DNA of 64,000 bases from an uncultured Actinomycetes bacterium (GTDB lineage Bacteria; Actinomycetota; UBA4738; HRBIN12). The notes below the pieces were generated by a model. That model searched no databases, was not told the origin of the DNA, and worked only from the letters and a program-made list of their open reading frames with translations. Shown piece by piece: positions 27,500-36,030 of the stretch (position 1 is the first letter of the stretch; the number at the start of each line of letters is the position of its first letter). Location: positions 63,415 through 127,414 of the forward strand of contig CAVVOG010000003.1 in NCBI GenBank assembly GCA_963749895.1, in the 5' to 3' direction. Position numbers and translations under genes: made by a program.

Positions 27500-27898
27500 T
27501 CACACGATCGGCTGTTCCTGACCCGCCCGGGCGATCCCGATCAGGTCCAGTGCGCCGAACGCGATCGCCCCGATCCCGATCGCCCACCAGGTCGTTGCGG
27601 ACGCGCCTTCGGGAACCCCGAGCAGGGCATTGAGGATCGCCACGGTCGCCACGCCCGCTTCGCAGATCGCGAACCCCCAGGCCCACCACCATGCCTCGGC
27701 CGCGTGCTGGGCCACGAGGACCATGAACAACGCCAGGACGACCGACGCGACACCGAGCATCCGCAGCCATGCGCCCTCGACGGGGACGGGCTGGCCGAGC
27801 AGCGTGTCCAGGGTGAACACGGGGACGGCACCGAGCAGCAGGCCGGTGAGCGCCCACAGGGCCGCCTGCACCTTCAGGACACGTCGCAGGAACGTCAT
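27500..27898 (-). CDS. Small 4-TM membrane protein, hypothetical
   Basis: ATG 27898 (MTFLRRVLKVQAALWALTGLLLG...) followed by four hydrophobic segments. The ORF is open to 28012. Confidence 0.6.
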   Translation of the reverse strand: MTFLRRVLKVQAALWALTGLLLGAVPVFTLDTLLGQPVPVEGAWLRMLGVASVVLALFMVLVAQHAAEAWWWAWGFAICEAGVATVAILNALLGVPEGASATTWWAIGIGAIAFGALDLIGIARAGQEQPIV

Positions 27899-28032
27899 AC
27901 GGGACCCCTCCCGAGGGCCGCGGGGCGGCCCGAAGCGGCTGCTAGGATGCCATATCGCGGACCGCCCCCGGTGCTCCGGTGCTCGGCGCCCGCCTCCGGA
28001 TCCACCCGACATCGCCGCGTAAGGAGTCAGTC

Positions 28033-29448
28033 ATGCAGCAAGGGCCCAGGGTCGTGGTCATCGGCCTCGACAGCGTGCCGCCGAAGCTCCTGTTCGAGGA
28101 CCTGGCCGCCGAGGTCCCCACGATCGCGAAGCTCATGGGCGAGGGCATGCATGGCCCGCTCGCGTCGATCACGCCGCCGATCACGGTCCCCGCTTGGGCC
28201 TGCTCCATGACGGGTCGCGTCCCCGGTCAGCTCGGCATCTACGGCTTCAGGAACCGCAAGGACACGAGCTACGACGGCCTGTCGATCGCTCACTCCGGCT
28301 CCGTGAAGGAGCCGGCCGTGTGGGATGCGCTCGGTGCCGCGGGTAAGCGGAGCGTCCTGATCGGTGTGCCGCCGGGGTTCCCGCCGCCCAAGGACTTCCC
28401 GGGATGGCGCGTGGGGTGCTTCTTGACCCCACCGAGCGCGGAGCGCTGGGCGTTCCCGCAGGAGCTCGAGGTCGAGATCGACGAGGAGCTCGAGGGCACC
28501 GGCAACTACATCTTCGACATCCCGAACTTCCGTCGCGCCGGGTTCGACGTCACCCTGGACCAGGTCTTCAAGATGACCGAGCGACGGTTCCAGGTGGGCC
28601 GACGGCTGATCCAGAACAAGCCGTGGGACTTCTTCATCCTGTGCGACATCGCCCCGGACCGGCTGCAGCACGTCTTCTGGCAGTTCTACGACCAGCGCCA
28701 CCCGCTGTACGAGGCCGGGAACCCGTACGAGACGATCTTCCACGACTACTACCGGTTCCTGGACAAGGAGATCGCGAACTTCCTCGAGACGGTCCCCGAC
28801 GACGCCGTGGTCATCGTCATGAGCGACCACGGTGCCCGTCCGATGATGGGCGGTCTGTGCTTCAACGACTGGCTGATCCAGGAGGGGTACCTGACCCTCG
28901 CCGAGCCGGTCACCGGTGGCCCGATCCCGATCAAGGAGGCGTCGATCGACTGGAGCCGCACGGTGGCCTGGGGCGACGGCGGGTACTACGGGCGTCTGTT
29001 CCTCAACGTGAGGGGTCGAGAGCCCGAGGGCGTGGTCGAGCCTGCGGACTACGAGGCGACGCGCGACGAGCTGATCGCGAAGCTCGAGGCCCAGCTCGGC
29101 CCCGACGGCCAGCCGCTGGGGACCCGGGTCCTGAAGCCCCAAGACGTCTACCCGGAGGTGCGCGGCGTCGCGCCCGACCTGATCGTCTACTTCGGCGACC
29201 TCGAGTGGCGCTCGGTCGGCTCCGTCGGCAATCCCAGCCTCTACACGTACGAGAACGACACCGGCCCCGACGGCGCGAACCACGACCGTGAGGGCATCTT
29301 CGTGATGAAAGGCCTGCCGGGGCAGCCCACCGGCGAGGTCCAGGGCCTCAACCTGGTCGACGTCGGGCCGTCGATCCTGTCGTTGTTCGGCATCGATTCG
29401 ACCGAGGTCCTTCCGGGCGCGGTCGGGAGGAGCTTCCTGAAGGCATGA
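28033..29448 (+). CDS. Alkaline-phosphatase-superfamily protein (type I phosphodiesterase/nucleotide pyrophosphatase-like)
   Basis: ATG 28033 follows AAGGAG. Motifs VVVIGLDSVPP, PPITVPAWACSMTG (Thr nucleophile context) and VIVMSDHGARPM (metal site). Confidence 0.75.
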   Translation: MQQGPRVVVIGLDSVPPKLLFEDLAAEVPTIAKLMGEGMHGPLASITPPITVPAWACSMTGRVPGQLGIYGFRNRKDTSYDGLSIAHSGSVKEPAVWDALGAAGKRSVLIGVPPGFPPPKDFPGWRVGCFLTPPSAERWAFPQELEVEIDEELEGTGNYIFDIPNFRRAGFDVTLDQVFKMTERRFQVGRRLIQNKPWDFFILCDIAPDRLQHVFWQFYDQRHPLYEAGNPYETIFHDYYRFLDKEIANFLETVPDDAVVIVMSDHGARPMMGGLCFNDWLIQEGYLTLAEPVTGGPIPIKEASIDWSRTVAWGDGGYYGRLFLNVRGREPEGVVEPADYEATRDELIAKLEAQLGPDGQPLGTRVLKPQDVYPEVRGVAPDLIVYFGDLEWRSVGSVGNPSLYTYENDTGPDGANHDREGIFVMKGLPGQPTGEVQGLNLVDVGPSILSLFGIDSTEVLPGAVGRSFLKA

Positions 29449-30071
29449 GCGAGCAGAAGGGTTTCACCGTGTGGTTCACCGGGCTGTCGGGCTCGGGTAA
29501 GTCCACGATCGCCGAGATGCTCTACCACGAGTTCCAGGCGCGCGGGCTGAAGACCGAGATCCTCGACGGCGACGTGGTGCGCCAGAACCTCTCGAAGGGC
29601 CTCGGGTTCTCGAAGGAGGACCGCGACATCAACATCATGCGGATCGGGTTCGTCGCCGATCTGCTCACGCGCAACGGCGTCGCGACGATCTGCTGCCCGA
29701 TCAGCCCCTACAAGGCCACCCGTGACGCGAACCGCGAGCTGATCGGCAACTTCGTCGAGGTCTACGTCCACGCGACGGTCGACGAGATCGCGGCGAACCG
29801 CGACCCGAAGGGCCTGTACAAGAAGGCGCTCGCCGGGGAGATCACCGGCTTCACCGGTGTCGACGACCCGTACGAAGTGCCTGAGAACCCTGAGATCACG
29901 GTCGACACGCTGTCCCAGACGCCCGAGGAGTCCCTGCAGCACGTGATGACGCGGCTGAAGGAGCTCGGCTGGCTGGAGTCCGACGAGGTCCTGATCGAGG
30001 GGGACCGTGTGCACTCGGGCATGACCGACCTGCGGGTCGCCGACTCGGGGCACGTCGTCAAGGAGCACTGA
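29445..30071 (+). CDS. cysC: Adenylylsulfate (APS) kinase
   Basis: GFTVWFTGLSGSGKSTIA P-loop, LDGDVVRQNL, GLGFSKEDRDINIMR and DPKGLYKKA. ATGA overlap with the upstream gene. Confidence 0.93.
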   Translation: MSEQKGFTVWFTGLSGSGKSTIAEMLYHEFQARGLKTEILDGDVVRQNLSKGLGFSKEDRDINIMRIGFVADLLTRNGVATICCPISPYKATRDANRELIGNFVEVYVHATVDEIAANRDPKGLYKKALAGEITGFTGVDDPYEVPENPEITVDTLSQTPEESLQHVMTRLKELGWLESDEVLIEGDRVHSGMTDLRVADSGHVVKEH

Positions 30072-30117
30072 CCCCGGGCGTCGTGGAATCCCGCGCGAGC
30101 GCGGGTGAAGATGGGGC

Positions 30118-30888
30118 GTGACCGTCGCCCCGAAGCGCAGCAACGCGTACGAGCTGTTCATCCTCGTGCTCACGGTGCTGTCGCTCGTGATCATGGCGGG
30201 CCTGCTGCTGCCGTTGTCGCAGGCGACCCAGGACCTCCTGACGGTCTACGACAACCTGATCTGCGTCGTCTTCCTGATCGACTTCGCGATGCGGCTCCGC
30301 CGTGCACCTTCGAAGCGGGGCTACGTGATCGGGGAGCGCGGATGGCTCGACCTCCTGGGGTCGATCCCGAGCTTCGGGGTCTTCCGCGCCTCGGGGGTGC
30401 TGCGGCTCGCCCGCCTCAGCCGGTTCGCGCGGATCACCCGGCTCCTGCGGGCCCAGGACAAGGGGTCGCTCACCCGCGACGTGGTCGCGAACCGCGGGCA
30501 GTACGCCTCGTTCATCACGTTGCTCTCGGCGTTCGTGGTGCTCGTGGTCGCGAGCGTCCTCGTGCTTCAGTTCGAGGGGAACGCCCGCGACCCCAACATC
30601 ACGAGCGGAGGCGGGGCGCTGTGGTGGGCGATCGTGACGATCACGACGGTCGGCTACGGCGACCAGTACCCCGTGACGCTCGCGGGCCGGGTCACCGCGA
30701 CGTTCGTGATGCTCGCGGGCGTCGGCATCATCGGATCGCTCGCGAGCATCCTCGCCTCGGTCCTCGTCCCGCAGCCCGACGCGACCCCCTCGAACGAAGC
30801 CGACGTCGGTGCGGAGCTGGCCGCGATGCGCGCCGAGCTCGAGGCGCTCCGCCGTGCCGTCGAGCAGGGGTCGGGTCGAACGCCCTGA
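30118..30888 (+). CDS. Voltage-gated-type K+ channel (compact 6-TM-like)
   Basis: Selectivity filter TITTVGYGD and S4-like RLARLSRFARITRLLR. GTG start. Confidence 0.85.
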   Translation: MTVAPKRSNAYELFILVLTVLSLVIMAGLLLPLSQATQDLLTVYDNLICVVFLIDFAMRLRRAPSKRGYVIGERGWLDLLGSIPSFGVFRASGVLRLARLSRFARITRLLRAQDKGSLTRDVVANRGQYASFITLLSAFVVLVVASVLVLQFEGNARDPNITSGGGALWWAIVTITTVGYGDQYPVTLAGRVTATFVMLAGVGIIGSLASILASVLVPQPDATPSNEADVGAELAAMRAELEALRRAVEQGSGRTP

Positions 30889-31045
30889 GGGATGGGCGGT
30901 CGGCCTCCGCCGCCCGATCGCGCGAGGCGTCGTCCGGCGCTGTTACCCTGAGCCCATGCAGGTTCGCTGACGCCCGCTCCGGTCACGGGGTGGGCGTCTC
31001 GCGTTCCTGGGGGAGGCGGGACGAGCAGAGGGAGGACCCCCCGGT

Positions 31046-32206
31046 ATGGAGTTCGAGATCGGCATCGGCAAGACGGCCCGGCGGGCCTACGGGTTCGACG
31101 AGGTCGCGATCGTGCCCTCGCGTCGTACGCGCGACCCCGAGGACGTCGACATCTCGTGGGAGATCGACGCGTACCGGTTCCCGCTCCCGATGATGGCGAG
31201 CGCGATGGATGCCGCCGTCAGCCCCTCGACGGCCGTCGCGATCGGCAAGGTCGGCGGGCTCGCGTGCCTGAACCTCGAGGGGTTGTGGACCCGCTACGAG
31301 GACCCGGAGGCGGTCTACGACGAGATCGCGTCGCTCCCCGACGAGAAAGCCACTCGCCGGATGCAGGAGCTGTACGCCGAGCCGATCAAGGAGGAGCTGA
31401 TCGGACGCCGGATCGAGGAGATCAAGGCCGGAGGCGTGACCAGTTGCGCCTCGCTCACGCCCCAGCGGGTCGAGCGCTACGCGAAGCTCGTGCTGGACGC
31501 GGGCCTCGACGTGCTCGTGATCCAGGGCACGGTGGTCTCGGGGGAGCACGTCTCGACCCATCACGAGCCGCTCAACCTGAAGGAGTTCATCCCCGCGTTC
31601 GACATCCCGGTGATCGTCGGTGGGTGCGCGAGCTACCAGACCGCGCTGCACCTGATGCGGACCGGGGCGGTCGGCGTGCTCGTGGGCGTCGGACCGGGCA
31701 ACGCGTGCACCACGCGCGGCGTCCTCGGCGTGGGCGTCCCCCAGGCCACCGCGATCGCCGATGCGGCGGCCGCGCGGCGCGAGCACCTTCACGAGACCGG
31801 CCGCTACTGCCACGTGATCGCCGACGGCGGGATGCGCACCGGCGGCGACATCGCGAAGGCGATCGCCTGCGGCGCCGACGCCGTGATGATCGGCTCGCCG
31901 ATGACCCGCGCGTTCGAGGCGCCCGGCCGCGGCTACCACTGGGGGATGGCGACCTTCCACCCGACGCTGCCGCGCGGTGCCCGTGTGAAGACCCAGCAGG
32001 TCGCCTCGATCGAGGAGATCCTCACCGGTCCCGCGCACGAGAACGACGGCACGTTCAACCTGTTCGGCGCGCTCGCGACCTCGATGGCCACCACGGGGTA
32101 CGCGAGCATCAAGGAGTTCCAGAAGGCTGAACTCGTGATCGCGCCCTCGATCAAGACCGAAGGCAAGACCTACCAGACCCAGCAGCGCGTCGGGATGGGC
32201 CACTGA
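31046..32206 (+). CDS. guaB3: GuaB3-type IMP dehydrogenase-related protein
   Basis: MEFEIGIGKTARRAYGFDEVAIVPSRRTRDPEDV N-terminus, no CBS insert, and GVGPGNACTTRGVLGVGVPQATAI. Confidence 0.85.
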   Translation: MEFEIGIGKTARRAYGFDEVAIVPSRRTRDPEDVDISWEIDAYRFPLPMMASAMDAAVSPSTAVAIGKVGGLACLNLEGLWTRYEDPEAVYDEIASLPDEKATRRMQELYAEPIKEELIGRRIEEIKAGGVTSCASLTPQRVERYAKLVLDAGLDVLVIQGTVVSGEHVSTHHEPLNLKEFIPAFDIPVIVGGCASYQTALHLMRTGAVGVLVGVGPGNACTTRGVLGVGVPQATAIADAAAARREHLHETGRYCHVIADGGMRTGGDIAKAIACGADAVMIGSPMTRAFEAPGRGYHWGMATFHPTLPRGARVKTQQVASIEEILTGPAHENDGTFNLFGALATSMATTGYASIKEFQKAELVIAPSIKTEGKTYQTQQRVGMGH

Positions 32207-32338
32207 GGCCCAACGAGCCTCGGTAGCGGCGGCTCTCTCGGAGTCGCGCGCGCGACGGCCGAACGCGCGGCCGATCACGAGCGGTGACCAACCGCTCCGG
32301 TGGACCCGTGACCCTGTCCTTCACACTGCGAGGGACCC

Positions 32339-33079
32339 TCAAGCCGCCCTGAGTTCGCTGCAGGCCACGGTTGCTTGAACGATGTCGCTCGGCTGGGCGT
32401 CCACCACATGCGTGAACCTTGACCCGTCCGGAGCGTGGTAGCCGAAGTCGAACGTCACTCGCTCTCCGTCCGAGAGCTGCACGACGATGGAGCAAGAACG
32501 CCAGCCTGGCGCCGTCTGGCCCACCCAGTGGGCATCGAAGGAGATCTCCGCAAGGCCAGCTTCTCGCCCATCATCGACGTGAGCGTTGTCGAACACGTAG
32601 CCATCTCCAGGCGGATAGGAGCCCGCGCCGCAGGTGCCTGCAGCAGTGGATGGCTCGCCGCTCACCTCCACCTCAACGACAGGTGGTAGGGCGGTCGGAG
32701 TGGCGTACGACGCCAGGAACTCTGCTTGACCAACCTCGAGACCGGCAGGGTCGTAGACGGACACGTGACACGTGCTCTGTCCGGGGAAGCTGCTACCCGA
32801 CCAGCGAGCAGTGAACGTGACGCCCGCACTTGTCGGATCGCCTATGCCCTCCGTGTCGCCCGTGGCTGTCGCATCTCGCGGTCCCGGGACGTACGGGTAG
32901 GCGACGTCGAAGTCTGTGAGCACATAGGTGTCGACACCGGCGGCAGCTGCCGCGGGTCGTCCCGATGCGAGCAGCCCTTCCGCGCTGACGACCAGTCCAA
33001 GCATGATCGATGCGGCCGCCACGAAGGTCGCCGCGTTCCGGACGGTGGTGTGCCGATCCTTGGTTCGTGATCCGTTCAT
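32339..33079 (-). CDS. Membrane-anchored extracytoplasmic two-repeat Cys protein (paralogue of 33736..34548)
   Basis: ATG 33079 follows GAGGAG. One TM (AATFVAAASIMLGLVVSA). Colinear with the paralogue: FTARWSGSSFPGQSTCHV / FEATWLNSTFPGRAECQL and GTCGAGSYPPGDGYVF / GTCGPGTYPPGEGYVF. Confidence 0.7.
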   Translation of the reverse strand: MNGSRTKDRHTTVRNAATFVAAASIMLGLVVSAEGLLASGRPAAAAAGVDTYVLTDFDVAYPYVPGPRDATATGDTEGIGDPTSAGVTFTARWSGSSFPGQSTCHVSVYDPAGLEVGQAEFLASYATPTALPPVVEVEVSGEPSTAAGTCGAGSYPPGDGYVFDNAHVDDGREAGLAEISFDAHWVGQTAPGWRSCSIVVQLSDGERVTFDFGYHAPDGSRFTHVVDAQPSDIVQATVACSELRAA

Positions 33080-33089
33080 CGGTTGCTCC

Positions 33090-33662
33090 TCACTCACACG
33101 TAGCTGCAGTGTCACCGGCGTCCTTCAGGCAGTTGTCGGTGCCGGCTCCGCCACGAAGCGTGTCGCTACCGTCTCCATCCGCGGAGTTGAGGACATCGTT
33201 GTCCCCCTCCCCCTCGAGAACGTCGGTATCAGCTGCGGCTTGCGAGTCATCGAGGTCATCCCTTCCGGGCCCTCCGAACACGTCATCGTCATCCGAGCCT
33301 CCGAAGAGCTTCCCGCAGCGGTTGTTGGCGTCGCAGCTGGAGGGCCGGTCGTGATCCGCCTGGCCGTAGATGTCGTCGTTCCCAGCGGCACCGTGGAGCT
33401 CGTCGAAGCCGTCACCACCGAAGACCGTGTCGTTGCAGTTCTTCATCTCTCCGTTGTCCTCGCCGCCCTGGAAGTCCAGCGAGGTGGAGAGGTCGGTTCC
33501 ATCGGTGTAGTTCTCGTCGGCAGACGTACCAGTCACGCTGTAGGAGACACAGGAGACCGCATCTGCCCCGTCCGTGAGCAGGAAAGCGATCCCAAAGAAG
33601 AGCCCCGTCGCACATCCGGCGATGGCGGCTCGCAGCCGCCCTGTTCTGACCTTCGGCTTCAC
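33090..33662 (-). CDS. Secreted RTX-like (GGxGxD) calcium-binding repeat protein
   Basis: N-terminal signal/anchor. Repeats FGGDGFDELHGAAGNDDIYG, FGGSDDDDVFGGPGRDDLD and GGAGTDNCLKDAGDTAATCE. Confidence 0.7.
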   Translation of the reverse strand: MKPKVRTGRLRAAIAGCATGLFFGIAFLLTDGADAVSCVSYSVTGTSADENYTDGTDLSTSLDFQGGEDNGEMKNCNDTVFGGDGFDELHGAAGNDDIYGQADHDRPSSCDANNRCGKLFGGSDDDDVFGGPGRDDLDDSQAAADTDVLEGEGDNDVLNSADGDGSDTLRGGAGTDNCLKDAGDTAATCE

Positions 33663-33735
33663 TTGCTCTCCCTCCCTCCTTGCGTGGTTCCAGCGTCCCC
33701 GCCGGTAACCTCTCTCCTTCTGTCGCTGCGGGTTG

Positions 33736-34548
33736 CTATGACACCTCCGTGCACTTCACGGAGACACTCGCAACCTTGGAGGGCGGCGCGTCGATCTCAC
33801 GGGTCATACGGGTCCCGTCCGGAACGGACAACGTGAACATCTGGCTCACGCTCGTTCCATCCACCAAGAGGGCTTCGAGTCGGCATTCACGCCACGTTGG
33901 ATCGATCGCGTCGGCCCACGCTGCCTCGAACTCGACAGCCGTCATCTCTGGGTCGTCGGACTCAGCAAGTGTGATCTCCGGGAAGACGTATCCCTCGCCC
34001 GGTGGGTACGTGCCGGGTCCGCAGGTTCCCCGCGCAGTCTCCGGCCGAGCGCTGACCTCAACGACGACGGGAGGGGCCTGGGACGACCTGGCCAGGTATG
34101 AGGCGAAGAACGTCGCGGCACCGACCGAGGCACCGTCCGCCGCCAAGAGCGTGAGCTGGCACTCTGCTCGACCGGGGAACGTCGAGTTCAACCAGGTCGC
34201 CTCGAATCGGACCCTTGCGGCACGTGCGCCCGGAGACTGAGTCGACCCCTCGGGCCAGGGGTAGTCGATCGAGAAGCTCGACAGCTCGTATGCCGTTCCG
34301 GACGCGGGGTCACCGGCCGGGACCGTTGTGGGTGGTGGAGCTTCTCCGCGGAAGGCCTGCTGAAGCATCCCCAGACTCCCAGCGAGAAGGGCAACGAGGA
34401 CCAGGCCCACCCCCACTCCGCCGAGGCGCCTATACGCGATCCGCCTCCGTCCCTGACGGATAGCTCCAGTCGCGCCCGGAGGATGCACTTCATCGATACA
34501 AGTCGCTGCACGATGCAGTTCTCGTCGCAGGTCGCCGTGAGCTATCAC
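33736..34548 (-). CDS. Membrane-anchored two-repeat Cys protein, putative anti-sigma partner
   Basis: GTGA overlap with the sigma factor stop. About 45-aa cytoplasmic N-terminus, one TM (GVGVGLVLVALLAGSL) and an extracytoplasmic domain paralogous to 32339..33079. No ZAS motif is present, so the anti-sigma role is inferred from position only. Confidence 0.65.
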   Translation of the reverse strand: MIAHGDLRRELHRAATCIDEVHPPGATGAIRQGRRRIAYRRLGGVGVGLVLVALLAGSLGMLQQAFRGEAPPPTTVPAGDPASGTAYELSSFSIDYPWPEGSTQSPGARAARVRFEATWLNSTFPGRAECQLTLLAADGASVGAATFFASYLARSSQAPPVVVEVSARPETARGTCGPGTYPPGEGYVFPEITLAESDDPEMTAVEFEAAWADAIDPTWRECRLEALLVDGTSVSQMFTLSVPDGTRMTREIDAPPSKVASVSVKCTEVS

Positions 34549-35033
34549 GATCTCACCATCTCCAGCTCGATCATGGTGCGAAGGCGGGACAGGCCCTGTG
34601 AGGTCAAGGCACGGACCGTTCCCTCCCGCTTCCCAAGCGACTCCGCCACCTGGGCGACTGACTGATCACACATGTAGCGCAAGACGATCACCGCGCGCTG
34701 CTGAGGAGTGAGTGCAAGGAGGGCCGCGACGATGCGGGGCTCTTGTGGATCAGTGGGTTCACTCGCCTTCTGGGGAGGTGGCACACCCACCATCCTCATG
34801 ATCCTCTGTCGCCTCTGCCATGACAGCGCCAGATTGGACACGACACGCTGCAACCAAGCCACAGGCTCCGGGTGGCCCTCAACTGAACGCCAATGCTCGA
34901 AAGCGCGGATGAACGTCTCCTGCGCAAGGTCGACCGCCTCCTCGGTACTGCCGGTGAGGAGATAGGCCGTGCGAGCGACCGCCTTGAAGTTCCGCTCATA
35001 GAACTGCTCGAACACAGCCCGATCACTAGACAA
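34545..35033 (-). CDS. ECF (group 4) RNA polymerase sigma factor
   Basis: Region 2 (FEQFYERNFKAVARTAYLLTGSTEEAVDLAQETFIRAFEHW) and region 4 (LTPQQRAVIVLRYMCDQSVAQVAESLGKREGTVRALTSQGLSRL). TTG start at 35033. Confidence 0.9.
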   Translation of the reverse strand: MSSDRAVFEQFYERNFKAVARTAYLLTGSTEEAVDLAQETFIRAFEHWRSVEGHPEPVAWLQRVVSNLALSWQRRQRIMRMVGVPPPQKASEPTDPQEPRIVAALLALTPQQRAVIVLRYMCDQSVAQVAESLGKREGTVRALTSQGLSRLRTMIELEMVRS

Positions 35034-35347
35034 GAAGGCGCCTCTCGGTCTCGCTCAACATCTAACGCCTCAGCCGCCGGATCCGCTTAGGGCGCATCGA
35101 GGTTCGCCTAACTATCCTCTCCACTGGCCCATATCCGCCAGGCACATCCGGGAACGCAGGGGTCTACGGACGCCACCCCCGACGCCAACAAGACCTCGGT
35201 TCATGCGGATGTCAGCTCCGACGACGATGCGGCGTGTCTTCGTGATCGATGCCGGCTGTCGACGGGCCACGGGAGCGATGCGACCGGCGCATGGCGGTTC
35301 CCAAGTCTCTCGCCGTATATATGGCTCCATGATATGGTTCTACGGCG

Positions 35348-35584
35348 ATGAAGACGACGCTGAACCTGGACGACGAACTCCTGCGCGAGGCCAAGAAGAA
35401 GGCGGCCGAGGAGGGGACCACGCTGACGCGCGTCGTGGAGCAGGGTCTGCGCGCCGTGCTGAACGACGAGGAGCCACCGGCCGAACCGTACGTCTTCAAC
35501 TTCCCGACGATCGATGGGGGTACGCCCATGTTCGATGTCGCGGACCGAGATGCGCTGTACGACCTCTTCGACGGACGCACATGA
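35348..35584 (+). CDS. vapB: Type II antitoxin (VapB-like)
   Basis: 78 aa, MKTTLNLDDELLREAKKKAAEEGTTLTRVVEQGLRAVL. ATGA overlap with the PIN gene. Confidence 0.8.
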   Translation: MKTTLNLDDELLREAKKKAAEEGTTLTRVVEQGLRAVLNDEEPPAEPYVFNFPTIDGGTPMFDVADRDALYDLFDGRT

Positions 35585-36012
35585 TCGCCGTCGATACGAA
35601 CATCCTCGTCTACGCGCACAACACGGGGGACCCGCACCACGATCGTGCGCGCGGAGAGCTGCGCGCGCTGGTCGAGTCCGATGCAGCGTGGGGCCTCCCC
35701 GTGTTCGTCCTCGGTGAGTTCCTGCGCGTCGTCACGAACCGTCGCGGCCCCTTGCCCCACCCGAGCACACCCGCTGCGGCCATCGAGGCGATCGATGGCC
35801 TCCTGGCCAGCCCGAACGCGAAACTGCTCCTGCCCGGTCGCCGGTACCTGCCGCTGTTGCGGGGGCTCGTCGCCGACGTCCGCCCACGAGGCAACGAGAT
35901 CTTCGACGCACAGGTCGCGGCGGTCTGTCTCGAGCACGGCGCCACCACGATCTTGACGAACGACACGGACTTCCGGCAGTTCTCCGGCATCACCGTCAAG
36001 AGGCTCGGATGA
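35581..36012 (+). CDS. vapC: PIN-domain toxin VapC
   Basis: MIAVDTNILVYA (Asp), GEFLRV (Glu), FDAQVAAV (Asp) and TNDTDF (Asp). Confidence 0.85.
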   Translation: MIAVDTNILVYAHNTGDPHHDRARGELRALVESDAAWGLPVFVLGEFLRVVTNRRGPLPHPSTPAAAIEAIDGLLASPNAKLLLPGRRYLPLLRGLVADVRPRGNEIFDAQVAAVCLEHGATTILTNDTDFRQFSGITVKRLG

Positions 36013-36018
36013 GGCTGC

Positions 36019-36024
36019 TACGGT
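36019..36024 (+). promoter_or_regulatory. -10-like TACGGT, 6 nt upstream of GTG 36031 (leaderless-type guaA start)
   Basis: Matches TANNNT, with no SD. Confidence 0.3.
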
Positions 36025-36030
36025 GAGGTC

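Noticed and set aside
28183-28215. Possible sulfatase formylglycine motif in the AlkP-family protein (ACSMTGR).
   Set aside because: It does not fit C/S-x-P-x-R because there is no Pro at +2. The Thr in PPITVPAW fits the phosphodiesterase/NPP nucleophile context better, so I did not call it a sulfatase.
35034-35150. ECF-type autoregulated promoter (GGAAC-N16/17-CGTT) upstream of the sigma factor gene.
   Set aside because: GAACC and CGTTA strings exist but are about 33 nt apart. No acceptable -35/-10 spacing was found.
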